From Octopus sinensis (taxonomy: Eukaryota): DNA of 64,000 nucleotides. A model generated the notes under the pieces. The model made no database searches and was not told the DNA's origin. It worked only from the letters and a program-made list of their open reading frames with translations. The stretch spans positions 68,076,001 to 68,140,000 of the forward strand of contig NC_043005.1 in assembly GCF_006345805.1 (NCBI RefSeq), given 5' to 3'. The translations under genes and the position numbers were made by a program. Shown in pieces: positions 37,721 to 49,727 of the stretch (its first letter is position 1; every line of letters begins with the position of its first letter).

Positions 37721-38535
37721 CTAATGAAATATTTTCTTTGACAAGAGAAAAGATAGAAGAGTCAAGTCCTGAATGAAAAGTAAGATGATCACATGAGGAA
37801 AAGAAAGATGGATGATGGTCACACGTGAGCAATGAGAGAGAACAGGAAAAAGAGGGGGAGAGACAGACAGACAGACAGAAAACGGTGAAGGAGAAAAAAG
37901 GGAATTAGAGAAAAAGTATGGGGGGAGAAAAACAATATAGAGTAGAGTTGCATCAAAAAGATTAAGATAAACTTTCTTGGAAATAGATGCGCAATATTCA
38001 ATATATATATATGTGTATGTGCTTATACATGTATGTGTGTACATATAAATATGTATTTAGATTTGTGAATTGGTATAATTGTTACTGTATCAATAAAATG
38101 CTTTGCAGTATTTAAGCCTGTTCAAATATCCACTAGGTCAACTTTGCTTTCATTCTTTCTGGGTTGATGAAAACAAAATAGGTGCTCTGGGCAGTTGGTT
38201 AGTGGAGTTGCTAGAGTCTTGGACAAAATGTCTTGCAGTATGTCCTTCTAACTTTTTATGCTCTGAGTGCCACAGCAAGGGTGGTAAAATGACAAAATGG
38301 ACAGTGGTTTGTAAAAATGAAAAAACGGTTTGAAGAATCGTTGTAGGGAAGCCTCCTTTGTATTTCCTAAAAGAATTCCATGACGAGCACATGGCATAGC
38401 ACTTTACTAGGGAGTAATCTCAGCTTGGATTCATTTAGCAGCCTGATTATGCAGAAAGAAAGATGTTTGTTTGTGTCCCTGACTCAGTGCATAAACAATG
38501 TGTGTTTCTGTGTGTGTATGCATGAATGTGTGTGT

Positions 38536-38763
38536 ATAATTGTTAAAGAGGACAACAAACATTAAGGCAAGGCAAACATCTCAAGTCATATACATTATTA
38601 TTATTGGAAAAAAATTCAGTCTTACAGCTGTTTCTGTGATATCCCAGAGTATGGGATATCCCAGAAACAGATGTAAGACTTTGAATTTTTTCCAATTATA
38701 ATAATGTATATGAATTGAGATGTTTGCCTTGCCTTAACATTTGTTGTTCTCTTTAACAGTTAT
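38536..38763. repeat. Long palindrome (~110-bp arms, 7-bp loop), Penelope-like
   Basis: Arms 38536-38645 and 38653-38763 are reverse complements, each carrying GAAACAG(C/A)TGTAAGAC. Confidence 0.9.
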
Positions 38764-38904
38764 ATATCCGCTATGCTGAAAATCTGCAATGGCCCTATAA
38801 CTACCATCTTGACTATTACCTTACAGCCCTAGTAATCCGTTACAGCACTTACCTAGAGTATGTAATCATTTAGATCACCTGTGATCTAAACCCCATATTT
38901 TGTG

Positions 38905-38977
<73 letters not shown>

Positions 38978-39029
38978 AATGATAGAGATGGAAAATAGAA
39001 TATGCAAGAAACTTTACTGCTCACAACGT

Positions 39030-40245
39030 TAATTTCAAAGCATCCTGTATCACTCTTTTGGCAGCTGGGATACTGTACAGTTGGTTATGATGCATCCCTC
39101 GGTGCAGATGCATCTCCTGAGCTGATGTTATAAGGGATGCACCGAAACCAGTTGTACTGCATCCCATCTACAAGGGATCGATGCAAGATGTGTCAGAATG
39201 AGTGATGTGAGCAAGGTAGTTTCTTGTATATTCCTTTTCCTGTCTCTATCATTTGTTATACACACAATGTACGCTGAGTACTTACTGAGGTAGATCCAAC
39301 AACAATTGTTTAAATGTTGTGGATGATGTCAGGTAGCCAAATGCACTGAACGTGCCTCATTGGCTCACTACTAGGAACATAAATCCTACAATTTGATACC
39401 TCTGTAATAATTCCTGTCTAATGCATCACCTTAACCTTTGTAGCGGTTGACCATGGTGCTGCTACACCAGTCATTGGGTGTGACAGCTTCATATGTCACC
39501 TGGTTGACTATATGGGTGACGAGACTATAGCCAACACCAGCAGATATTTTAAGCATCTCAGCAGTGATTCCTGATGGACTGGGGAGGGGGTGTTGGCTTT
39601 CCCTGTCTTCGTACCCTTAATTGCTTTATTTATCAAGGTACTGTCAATTCGAATAGTTGGTCCCTCTATTGGGTTGATATTTGGCAGACCCTCTTTCTCA
39701 CATTAATTCTCTTCATTTAGCAACCTTTTGTAGCGGTGTCTCTAAGTCTCTCTCTTAGCAGCATCATTAAGTGCAAGTGAGCCATCATCCATGTGGACAC
39801 ATTCCTCTCCTATGACATGATTCTCTTTCACACTCGGTCTTGTAATACGAAACAGTTCAAGTCTCTGGTCCTCACAATGAAGAACATTGGTAAATTTTTT
39901 GTCTTATCTCCTTTCCCTCTAGCTGAGTAAACCTGTCTCCTAGCTTCCCTTCTGGCTATCTGATACAGTTCCCTACTATCACCACACTTCCAGGCCTCCC
40001 ATGCCTGTTTCTTTTCTCTAATGACCCTGTCAACTACATTTTTCCACCACCATATTACTTTAGGTTGACAGGGGACTTTGCACTAGCCACAGATCTGGTC
40101 AGTAGCCCTCAACAGGTTTTGTAGGAACCTCCAGTTGTCCTCCACATTATGTGATGCTATATCCTCCTATTTTTCATCCAAAGCTTCAAGTAATACATCT
40201 CAAAATCTCTGTCCATTCAGAAGATCTTTAAGCTTCCAAGAGGAT
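39030..40245 (-). mobile_element. Decayed RTE (BovB-like) LINE ORF fragment
   Basis: WWWKNVVDRVIREKKQAWEAWKCGDSRELYQIARREARRQVY, EDQRLELFRI, IEGPTIRIDSTLINKAIK..KTGKA, with many stops and indels. The left boundary is uncertain. Confidence 0.8.
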
Positions 40246-40265
40246 CCTTAAGCTTATATATATAT

Positions 40266-40297
<32 letters not shown>

Positions 40298-40314
40298 AAT
40301 TACATACATGTATA

Positions 40315-40520
40315 TATATATTTCGTTTTTGGATTTGGTTTGCAAGATTCTTTATATAAGTTTGTGTGTTGAAGCATATTGTATTGTGTCTGAGGAGAGT
40401 CATTTTCATTTTGTGCCTTATAATTTAACACACTCACTGGTAAAATTTCCACTTATTTCTTATTTTTATTTTCCTAAAATTTTCGTTGCATCTTGCAACC
40501 TTTTCAATAGTCTTGACTAT
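40315..40520 (-). mobile_element. Penelope-like repeat fragment carrying a U3-A8 hammerhead-like motif
   Basis: Homologous to 51965-52230 (GGTTTGCAAGATTCTTTA...GGAGAGTCAT). The motif is at 40474-40510. Confidence 0.55.
40474..40510 (-). ncRNA. Minimal hammerhead-like motif, U3-A8 variant
   Basis: CUA-UUGAAAA-G-GUUGC-AAGAU-GCAAC-GAA-AAUU-U-UAG. Confidence 0.5.
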
Positions 40521-41351
40521 ATATATATATATATATATATATACATGGCATGAATGTAAATGTGTGTGTATCATTTGCATTTTCATTTATTGAGACTTAT
40601 TGAGGTAGTTGTCTATGGCTGGGTACCCTATCTCTTACCAATATCTTATTATTGAATAATAATGTTTTCCATTTCAGTGGTTATCACATGCCAAAATCAC
40701 AATGTTTTTGGGCATTTTGTGTATGGGCAATATAAACAAACTTCACTGCTATTAATTCAGTAATGAATGCAACAAACACCCACACATTGAAATACATGCA
40801 AACACACACACAATTTGTGTGTGTGTGTGTGTGTCTAAGAAAACTTAGCTCATCATTAATTGGATGCACAAGCCTACATACGTTCCTTTTATGGAGATGC
40901 ATAGCAAAATATATAAACAAACAAATAAGTTAGGAATAAATTAAAGATAGGATATTTACCTTAATTAATTAGAAAAAAAAATAAATGAAGTGAGGCCTAA
41001 TTGTGAAACTGATCAACAGGAAGTTTCTAGAAATCTTTGGCAATTAAAACATAGAAAAATGAATGAATAGGAGGACTAAAGATTACTTTAAGAGAAGTGA
41101 AAATTTTTGGAGATATGGTTGAGATTTAAAATTATCTGGTTGACAGAAAAATACACAGCAAACTTATATGCACACGTAAATATGTTCCTTACATACTTGA
41201 AAATTTATACATAAATGTGCATTCATATATACACATGCATACAAATGTACACAAACTTATTGGGAAAAGTTAATGCCAACATGCATGAAGAAGTCTTCAA
41301 ATGCATACACACTCACACACACATGTATATCATCATCATCGTTTAACATCC

Positions 41352-41699
41352 ATTTTGTGATGTTGGGTGCAAAAATACCTTAAGCTAAGCCTGAAAGCAA
41401 TGAAGTCATAAAAGAATCATCCATAACTTGCAGTAAGCAACATTTATTAGACGTTATTACTGTTATTTCTTTATTTTCTGCAAACAAAATGCACAGAAAA
41501 GCTACACATTTTCATTATGTTATATGTACGATAATAATAAAGGACGTTACCATATACATTTTTACAAACCAAGGACGTTATATAGACCTCCTTGATTCAA
41601 GTTGGAGAAGGGGTGCGTATTATACACAAGATTTAGGTTTTCCAAAGGTACAGCCTCCTAAAAAAAAACCCTGCGTATTATACTCGAGGATTTACAGTA
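41352..41699. mobile_element. Partial pogo/Tc2-like MITE, same family as 11831-12352
   Basis: About 98 bp is nearly identical to 11981-12078, and the right end is CGTATTATACTCGAGGATTTACAG-TA. Confidence 0.75.
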
Positions 41700-41929
41700 C
41701 TCACATCTGCATCCATATATACACACAGTAGAGGGGAGAGAAGAATATGAAATTACTCTATGGCAGTATAGGCTCAGTGAAAAAAACAGCAACAGCGACA
41801 GCAATAATCACAATAATAATAGCAACTGCCATAAAAAACTGTTAGTGGCATATATCATATATTGTTTGTTATTATCGAAGGTACTGTCTGTTCTGTTTTT
41901 AAACAGTTGGTTTTCTCTTTTACTTTCAG

Positions 41930-42020
41930 GAATGGAGACATGCCCATGGTATGCGATGCCTTGGAATCCCTAACACTGCTCATTTTGCCAATGTCACGCT
42001 CATTGAAGATGCCTTAGCTT
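41930..42020 (+). CDS. SF3A3: Splicing factor 3A subunit 3 (SAP61/Prp9), internal exon, 91 bp, end of the matrin-type zinc finger
   Basis: [30 protein letters not shown]+T is nearly identical to human [30 protein letters not shown]. Acceptor TTTTACTTTCAG, donor GTAAGT, phase 0/1. Confidence 0.96.
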
Positions 42021-42190
42021 GTAAGTACTCAGTATTTATTGATTCAGTCATTGTTGTACCCTACTGAGCAAACACTCTTAGACATTTGGATGTAATATAA
42101 ATATTTCATAAACAGGCTACTGCTTCACATCCAGATTAGGATCGGTCGATATGAAGTAACATTGTAGAACGTTTGGTATCTATTCTCCAA

Positions 42191-42421
42191 GGCGGCAAGC
42201 TGGCAGAAACGTTAGCACGCCGGGCGAAATTCTTAGTGGTATTTCGTCTGCCGTTACGTTCTGAGTTCAAATTCTGCCGAGGTCGACTTTGCCTTTCATC
42301 CTTTCAGGGTTGATTAAGTAAGTACCAGTTATGCACTGGGGTCAATATAATTGATTTAATCTGTTTGTCTGTCCTTGTTTGTTCTCTCTGTGTTTAACCC
42401 CTTGTAGGTAGTAAAGAAATA
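42191..42421 (+). mobile_element. SINE family B, full length, with TSD
   Basis: GGTATCTATT(C/T)TCCAA duplicated at 42175-90 and 42422-37. Confidence 0.9.
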
Positions 42422-43802
42422 GGTATCTATTTTCCAATGGTAGGTGGAATCAGTGTGCACAAAATGACTAAGTGCCTAATCAAATATTTTGCAGGTTTGT
42501 TGCAGTGGATTATTTTTGTGGCACATTCAGAGATGGAAGAGTGCTACCTCTGACATTTCACTGGGCCTCTGAGACTGCTACAACGTAATAGAGGAAGATA
42601 AACCTTAACTTATTGGACTTGAAGAACATTTGCAACAGTGTAGACTCACCTTTATTCCCAACAGCTGGGTAACTAAGGCAATTAGAACTCTGTTCTCTTC
42701 ATTGTCGAGCTTCTTGTTTAATATATTCATTTCACAATTTCAAGTTTACTTTCCGTATATGTGAACTTTCCAATAGTTTTAGAAGTTAGATTTGTTATTT
42801 CTAATTCAGAATTTCAATGTTATTCATTATGATATGGAAATCTGAAAGACTGGGTTACTACAAAACTCAGACAACCATTTGTCGACTATTTGCTTAGGGC
42901 ATACAAAGTCTGGATGCTAATGTTTAAGCTTCCTCTGTGATGTACAGAATAAGCACTGTGTAAATATGTAGGATAATTGTGAAATGAATAGTCATTAAGC
43001 CCATTACTCTGTAATGCAAAGACACTGCTTTTTTTAGTAATTTTATGCTTTAGTTTACAGTAATTTCATTTTTTAAATTCATAATTTAAAACAAAACAAA
43101 AATGTCGTAAATTACAAATATAAGCTATAAATTAGGAGATATAATTTAATGTATAAATATAATTAATGTTTTGGAGATTAATGTGAAATATGACTATAAT
43201 TCTGTTACAAACTCAGTCAATATAAGGATTTTTCTTCATAGGCATAATAGAAGACTGACTGAAGTTGATTTAATCAAAATTAATATATTAATGGTATTTA
43301 TTTTATCAACCTTGGTAGGATTTCAACTTAATAATAAGATGTCTAATTAGATTAATAAAAAATATCTTTCTAGTCAGGCACAAATTAAACCATCAAGAAC
43401 TAATATAATGAAATATAAATGGCTTTATAATGTCTTAATGTTTGAGATCATTTATTAAGCTTACAATCATATCAACATGACCTTTGGGATAATAGTGTTG
43501 TTAGGTTTTAGTTTAGAAAAAAAATAGGTTCCTGACTATTAGACTTCGGACAGATTAAAAACTTACTGCTCAGTTCTACGTCATTTTAAAACTGGAATCT
43601 TGTATCATAGGACCAAGGGTGGTTTAAGTGGAGCATAAAGGTTAACTTGTATAAAATAACTGCTCCAATTCATTGGTCAGCCATTTTTACGTTAGAAAGA
43701 AAGCAAGGCCCATCTCCTCAAGAATGTCTTTTTTTAATTTTATTTATTTATTTATTTTCTTTATTGAGATTGAAATATGTTGTACAGAAGATAAAATAAC
43801 TT

Positions 43803-44205
43803 TACATTATTTACATTTGATGGATAATTTGTCCTCATCTTGTTTGTTGTTAACACAACGTTTCAGCTGATATACCCTCCAGTCTTTATCAGGTGTCTTG
43901 AAGAAATTTCGAATCTGGGTTCTCATTCCTAAGGTAATTTTCGATAATAATATCCAGGTCACTGCCTGAAATCCAACTTGGAATCTTGGAGTTAGTAGCC
44001 CACACTCTTAACCACTAGGCCATATGCTCACGGGCATATGGCGTACCTTAGAAATGAGAACCCTGGTTCGAAATTTCCCCAAGACACCTGATGACGGCTG
44101 GAGGGTATATCAGCCGAAACGTGTTAATAACAAACAAGATGAGGACAAATATCTGTCAAATGTAAATAATGTACATAATTCCTCATCTCTTAAATATAGA
44201 ATGGT
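43803..44205. mobile_element. Composite insertion: tRNA-like head plus Penelope-type hammerhead tail, with an inverted second tail
   Basis: Inverted arms 43804-43936 and 44044-44172. The tRNA-like segment at 43952-44030 is on the minus strand (A box TGGCCTAGTGG). 12-bp direct repeat ATAAAATAACTT at 43791-802 and 44206-217. Confidence 0.8.
44081..44125 (+). ncRNA. Minimal hammerhead-like motif (C3-G8), probably inactivated copy
   Basis: GACAC-CUGAUGA-C-GGCUG-loop-CAGCC-GAA-ACGU. A 2-nt deletion relative to the opposite arm removes the NUH/stem I register. Confidence 0.55.
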
Positions 44206-45120
44206 ATAAAATAACTTCACTGTCATCCGTTTTCTATTTTACAAAAATTGTTTAGTTATCTTTATTTTAGACTCAGTTCTTTAGCTGCATTCTGTCAATT
44301 CATGGCCAAAACAGAGTTAAGCATATGCACTAACACTAACCTTACACTCTCTGATAAACTTTTCAGGAACGATGACACATTTCTCACATAAAGATAGATA
44401 CACAAATATATTTTGTGTATCTATCAAACCTGAGGCCGAACAACAACTACAGCCTTTGACCCACTACTAAATTGGCTCCCTGGGCTAGTGTCTTCTAATG
44501 TAGTCTTGAGTAAACCTAATTCTTTAGAGTAAAGTTGAAGAACTTTGTGTCCTTCAGCTATGTGTGTGAGCAAAAGAATATGGAAATTGATGCCTGAAAC
44601 AAAAATATCTTATATTTGGTTTCTCGAATTTAGATTTTTTACCCTGAAATCAACTTCATTTTTCTCCTTCATTCAAATAAGTTTTAGAGAAGGTATTAGG
44701 ATCTACTTAATCTAACTAAAGTCCTTCAAAGCCTTGTCTCTTGTTGGGGTCCTACAAGGTCCAGCAACTGAAACCAGTAAAAGATTTAAAATAGTAAAGG
44801 AATATAACCAGTGTTTTAGTAACAGTAGAAGAGATAAAGTTGCTGTATGGGCTAGTATATATCTGGGTGTAGATGGTTAGTGAGGGAGTACTTGGCAGTT
44901 GGTTAGATAGTCTTTTTATTTTGTTCTTGTTGCAGTCTGGTGTGTTGTTTAACCTGATGTCAGCCTTCATTGAGCAGACTTTTGGCTCGTAAGTAGTTGT
45001 TGACTGTGACAGATCTGTTGTTTCAGATACAAATGATGTGTACAGTCATCTTGGTTGATGAGTTGTATTCTGCAAATTTAGTTGAAACCTTTTTGATAAC
45101 TTTACTACAGTTTGGTTGCA

Positions 45121-45300
45121 ATCATCATCACCATCATCATCATCATCATCAACAGGAGCTGCATCAAGTTCCATAGTCTGTTTTGGCTTAGTTTATATGG
45201 CTGGATGCCCTTCCTAAAGCCAACCAATTTATAATGTATCGACTGCTTTTTATGTGGCACCAGCACCCACACCTATGCTTTTTATGTGGCGCTTTGGTTT
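45121..45300 (-). mobile_element. Old RTE 3' tail
   Basis: (CAT)n...GGCTGGATGCCCTTCCTAAAGCCAACC...TTTTATGTGGCACC. Confidence 0.7.
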
Positions 45301-46059
45301 TAGGATCTCAATTCTGTTGTGAGAGATAAAAATATCTTGCTGGTGGTGCAATGCCCAATGACATTTTTTTTCACTCTTATACTCATTTGCAAGCATTCAG
45401 TTATAGGTGAATATATCTTTGTTTGTTATGTGACTTCTAGGAAATGTCTGTTACAAATGAACAGTTGAGGGCTTTGAGGATAAACTTACTGAAGATGATG
45501 GTATCACTAGTTTAGGTTAGAAGTGAAGCACTTTAGCTGCTCATAATAGCTTATATAGAATTGAAATAGCTGTGACCAGCTAACTGATTTGAAATACCAG
45601 GTGTTTCAAGAAACAAGGGATCATGGTGTTGTAGAATGATGTGGGTTACTTTGATTAAGTGCAGTGTAAGAGATGACATGATGAAGTTAGAAAATATGAG
45701 GGCAAGATGAAGACTTTGTTGAGGTATGAGAAAGAGGAGGTGGTGAGTGTTAAGAGGGCTGATCTGGATTTATTGTTGTTTGATCCCAGATTAATCCTGA
45801 TCATGCTGGTCTATGATTATATGCTCCATGGGTGCAGATCTCAGTGGTAGTAAGAAATATTCGAAGGACACCCTGGAGACCTGCTGTGGACTGACTTGAG
45901 AGCTGCAATCATATGATCATATGTATTCAAGGAGTGATTGTGTTTTGAAGAGTATTTTGGACTACATTATCTAACATATGTTTTTGCCTAATGGATAAGG
46001 CGTCTGGCTTCAAATTGGAAGATTGGAAGTTCGAGTCTTGTAATGTAGTACTTGTTTTT

Positions 46060-46390
46060 TTGAAAAAACATTTAAGCGAAGTCGTTGAAAAAACATTCAA
46101 GTGAGGTTGTTGCCAGTGCCGCTGGACTGGCTTGTGTGCAGGTGGCATGTAAAAAACACCATTTGAGCGTGGCTGTTGCCAGTACCACCTGACTTGCCCT
46201 CGTGCCAGTGGTACATAAAAGCACCCACTACACTCTTGGAGTGGTTGGCGTTAGGAAGGGCATCCAGCTGTAGAAATTCTGCCAGATTAGATTGGAGCCT
46301 GATGCAGCCATCTGGTTCGCCAGTCCTCAGTCAAATCGTCCAATCCACGCTAGCATGGAAAGCAGACATTAAACGAGGATGATGATGATT
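46060..46390 (+). mobile_element. RTE 3'UTR with ~65-bp internal repeats
   Basis: GGCATGTAAAAAACACC repeats, then AGGAAGGGCATCCAGCTGTAG...TTAAACGAGGATGATGAT. Confidence 0.8.
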
Positions 46391-46682
46391 TAAGGAAAAT
46401 TTGGCTGCTGCTTCTAGCACATTATATAATCACATAGACTAGGTGTTAGCAACCTTTTCCAAAGAAGTGGGCTGCTCTTTATCAGGGTTGCACTATTAAA
46501 AAATTTCAAAGTAATTTTCCATTAGGAATTCAGGAAAAATTATGCTAACCACAATTTGCCCATGACTGGCATAGATGATGCTTTGTTAGTGAAGAAGAAA
46601 TGAGAAAGCTAAAAGGAGGTGTATGTCTTGAAGTTTTTTTGAAATCATCAAGAATGATGTCTGTAAGGAAATGAGTTTAGAT

Positions 46683-47470
46683 CAGTAGTTCTTAACCATT
46701 TTTTTTTTTACCTGTGAACCCCTTTGATTCCTATTTTATTCAGGTGGATCCTAATAACCATTCCATGTTTAAAATATCACATGATATTTTTATAGTTAAA
46801 TGTTAAGAATTGTATTGGAAAACTAGTAGTATAACCCGGCTTTGCCCGGGATTAAGTTTGGATTATTAAGCTAATCAAGTTCTTTCTTTCAAACCAAACT
46901 AAGTAACACCGACGTCAAATTTGGACGAAATCCGTTGAAATTGTTTTACACATATATATATATATATATATATATAATATAATATAATCCCTGTCTGTCT
47001 GTTTTTGCCTCTCAATCACTCACTAAAAAGATGAAATTTTAAAAATCTGTTATCTCTCTCTCTCTCTCTCTCTCTCACTCCCTCTCTTTACACCGTCACT
47101 AGAAGGGGACTTAACTCATATTTGATAAAAAATGAGTATTGATAAAAAAATCACTCTTTTTGCCATAGCAACCACATCTTTATAGCTTGCGAATTTTAAC
47201 CGTCGCGGGTCTCACCCTCACCACGCATTTAGTATCTCTGCCAATTTTCAATTCATTCCTAGCCTCGGTTTGGTCGCCATTAACCGTCAAAGCAAAATGT
47301 GCATACAATTTTTGTCCAAGGACTGTTTAATAGATATAGATTGTTAAAATATTTTGTATAGTGTAGAAGTGTAACCAATTTACAGCACATAACTTTAACA
47401 ACTAATCATATATTGACCCCCCCCCCCCCCCCGCGCACGAGGATCATGTAGACCCCGGTTGAGAACCACT
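46683..47470. mobile_element. hAT-like MITE interrupted by a Helentron-like element (from 46824)
   Basis: Ends CAGTAGTTCTTAACC / GGTTGAGAACCACT. Internal ACTAGTAGTATAACCCGGCTTTGCCCGGG. No clear TSD. Confidence 0.55.
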
Positions 47471-47725
47471 AATCCATATGAGTTTATTGTTAAAATTTTT
47501 TATGCAATAAATTACTCTCTTTTACTCTTTTACTTGTTTCAGTCATTTGACTGCGGCCATGCTGGAGCACCGCCTTTAGTCAAGCAAATCGACCCCGGGA
47601 CTTATTCTTTGTAAGCCCAGTACTTATTCTATCGGTCTCTTTTGCCGAACCGCTAAGTGACGGGGACGTAAACACACCAGCATCGGTTGTCAAGCAATGC
47701 TAGGGGGACAAACACAGACACACAA

Positions 47726-47775
<50 letters not shown>

Positions 47776-47846
47776 ATATAATCCCTGTCTGTCTGTTTTT
47801 GCCTCTCAATCACTCACTAAAAAGATGAAATTTTAAAAATCTGTTA

Positions 47847-47878
<32 letters not shown>

Positions 47879-48513
47879 TCTCTTTACACCGTCACTAGAA
47901 GGGGACTTAACTCATATTTGATAAAAAATGAGTATTGATAAAAAAATCACTCTTTTTGCCATAGCAACCACATCTTTATAGCTTGCGAATTTTAACCGTC
48001 GCGGGTCTCACCCTCACCACGCATTTAGTATCTCTGCCAATTTTCAGCTCATTCCTAGCCTCGGTTTGGTCGCCATTAACCGTCAAAGCAAAATGTGCAT
48101 ACAATTTTTGTCCAAGGACTGTTTAATAGATATAGATTGTTAAAATATTTTGTATAGTGTAGAAGTGTAACCAATTTACAGCACATAACTTTAACAACTA
48201 ATCATATATTGACCCCCCCCCCCGCACGAGGATCATGTAGACCCCGGTTGAGAACCACTAATCCATATGAGTTTATTGTTAAAATTTTTTATGCAATAAA
48301 TTACTCTCTTTTACTCTTTTACTTGTTTCAGTCATTTGACTGCGGCCATGCTGGAGCACCGCCTTTAGTCAAGCAAATCGACCCCGGGACTTATTCTTGT
48401 AAGCCCAGTACTTATTCTATCGGTCTCTTTTGCCGAACCGCTAAGTGACGGGGACGTAAACACACCAGCATCGGTTGTCAAGCAATGCTAGGGGGACAAA
48501 CACAGACACACAA

Positions 48514-48550
<37 letters not shown>
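46976..48550 (+). repeat. Near-perfect tandem duplication of a ~790-bp unit bounded by (TA)n tracts
   Basis: Copies 46976-47769 and 47770-48550 differ mainly in repeat and homopolymer lengths, plus AT/GC at one site. Confidence 0.95.
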
Positions 48551-48690
48551 CGACAGGCTTCTTTCAGTTTCCGTCTACCAAATCCACTCACAAGGCATTG
48601 GTCGGCCCAGGGCTATAGCCCAAGATGCCATGCAGTGGGACTTAACCTGGAACCATGTGGTTGGTTAGCAAGCTACTTACCACACAGCCA
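48303..48690 (-). mobile_element. SINE family A, full length; its 3' half is duplicated at 47515-47745
   Basis: Tail, body, internal TA tract and head in reverse orientation. Confidence 0.9.
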
Positions 48691-49339
48691 CGCCTTTATT
48701 TCTACAATAAAGGACATTTTAATTTTTTTAATACAATTCCTAATGTTTTATTTATGAAAATACAATATCTTTTTTATTCTATTTTTATATATACTGAATG
48801 TTTATTAGGGGCCAGTAGAGTAAAATAGGAACCAAAGGGATCCAAAAAAAAATGGTTGAGAAACCTTTGTTTAAATGGATAAAAGCCTTCCCCAACACTA
48901 CACAATTTTCTTCTAAAAATGGACCTAAAACCAAAATGTTGGAAGTTTTATTACTTCCCATGGCACACAGTCTTAGTCCCTCCTTTCTGTACATTACATT
49001 TCGTTTCTCTTTTCCTCTAATTTTATATGTTTCCTATGCCATTACTCTGATTTGATCTTTTAACCCATACTGAACCATTATCAACTGCTGTTTCTTATCT
49101 ACATAATAAACCGGTAGACTCTGGTTTCCTCATTTAGAAGTTTCATTTATCATCATTACCATCACCTCCGCCACCACCACCACTATTAGCATTCAACATT
49201 ATTCATATCATTATCATTTTAAGAAAAGATTTATAGAATGTTTAGTTGCTGGTATGTATATATATCGATGTTACCAGCCCCACCCGACACAGTTTGTACT
49301 GCTTCCACATTTATTACCCTGTCTCCTGTTTGTCTGTGG

Positions 49340-49677
49340 TTCATATATATATATATAAATGCATACACACACACTCATATATATATATATGCATATATAT
49401 ATGTATGCATATATATATGTATATATGCATGTGTATGTATCTATATATACACACACATATATGCATGTATATATATGTATGCATATATATATGTATATGT
49501 GTATGTATATATATATATACACATGCATGTGTATGTATATATATATATATATACACATACACATATATGCATATATATATATACACACACACACATATGC
49601 ATATATATACATATATATATGCTTATATATATATATATATATACACACATATATGCATATATATACATATATATATG

Positions 49678-49726
<49 letters not shown>
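49340..49726. repeat. Compound (TA)/(CA)/(TG) microsatellite
   Basis: Dinucleotide low complexity. Confidence 0.9.
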
Positions 49727-49727
<1 letters not shown>

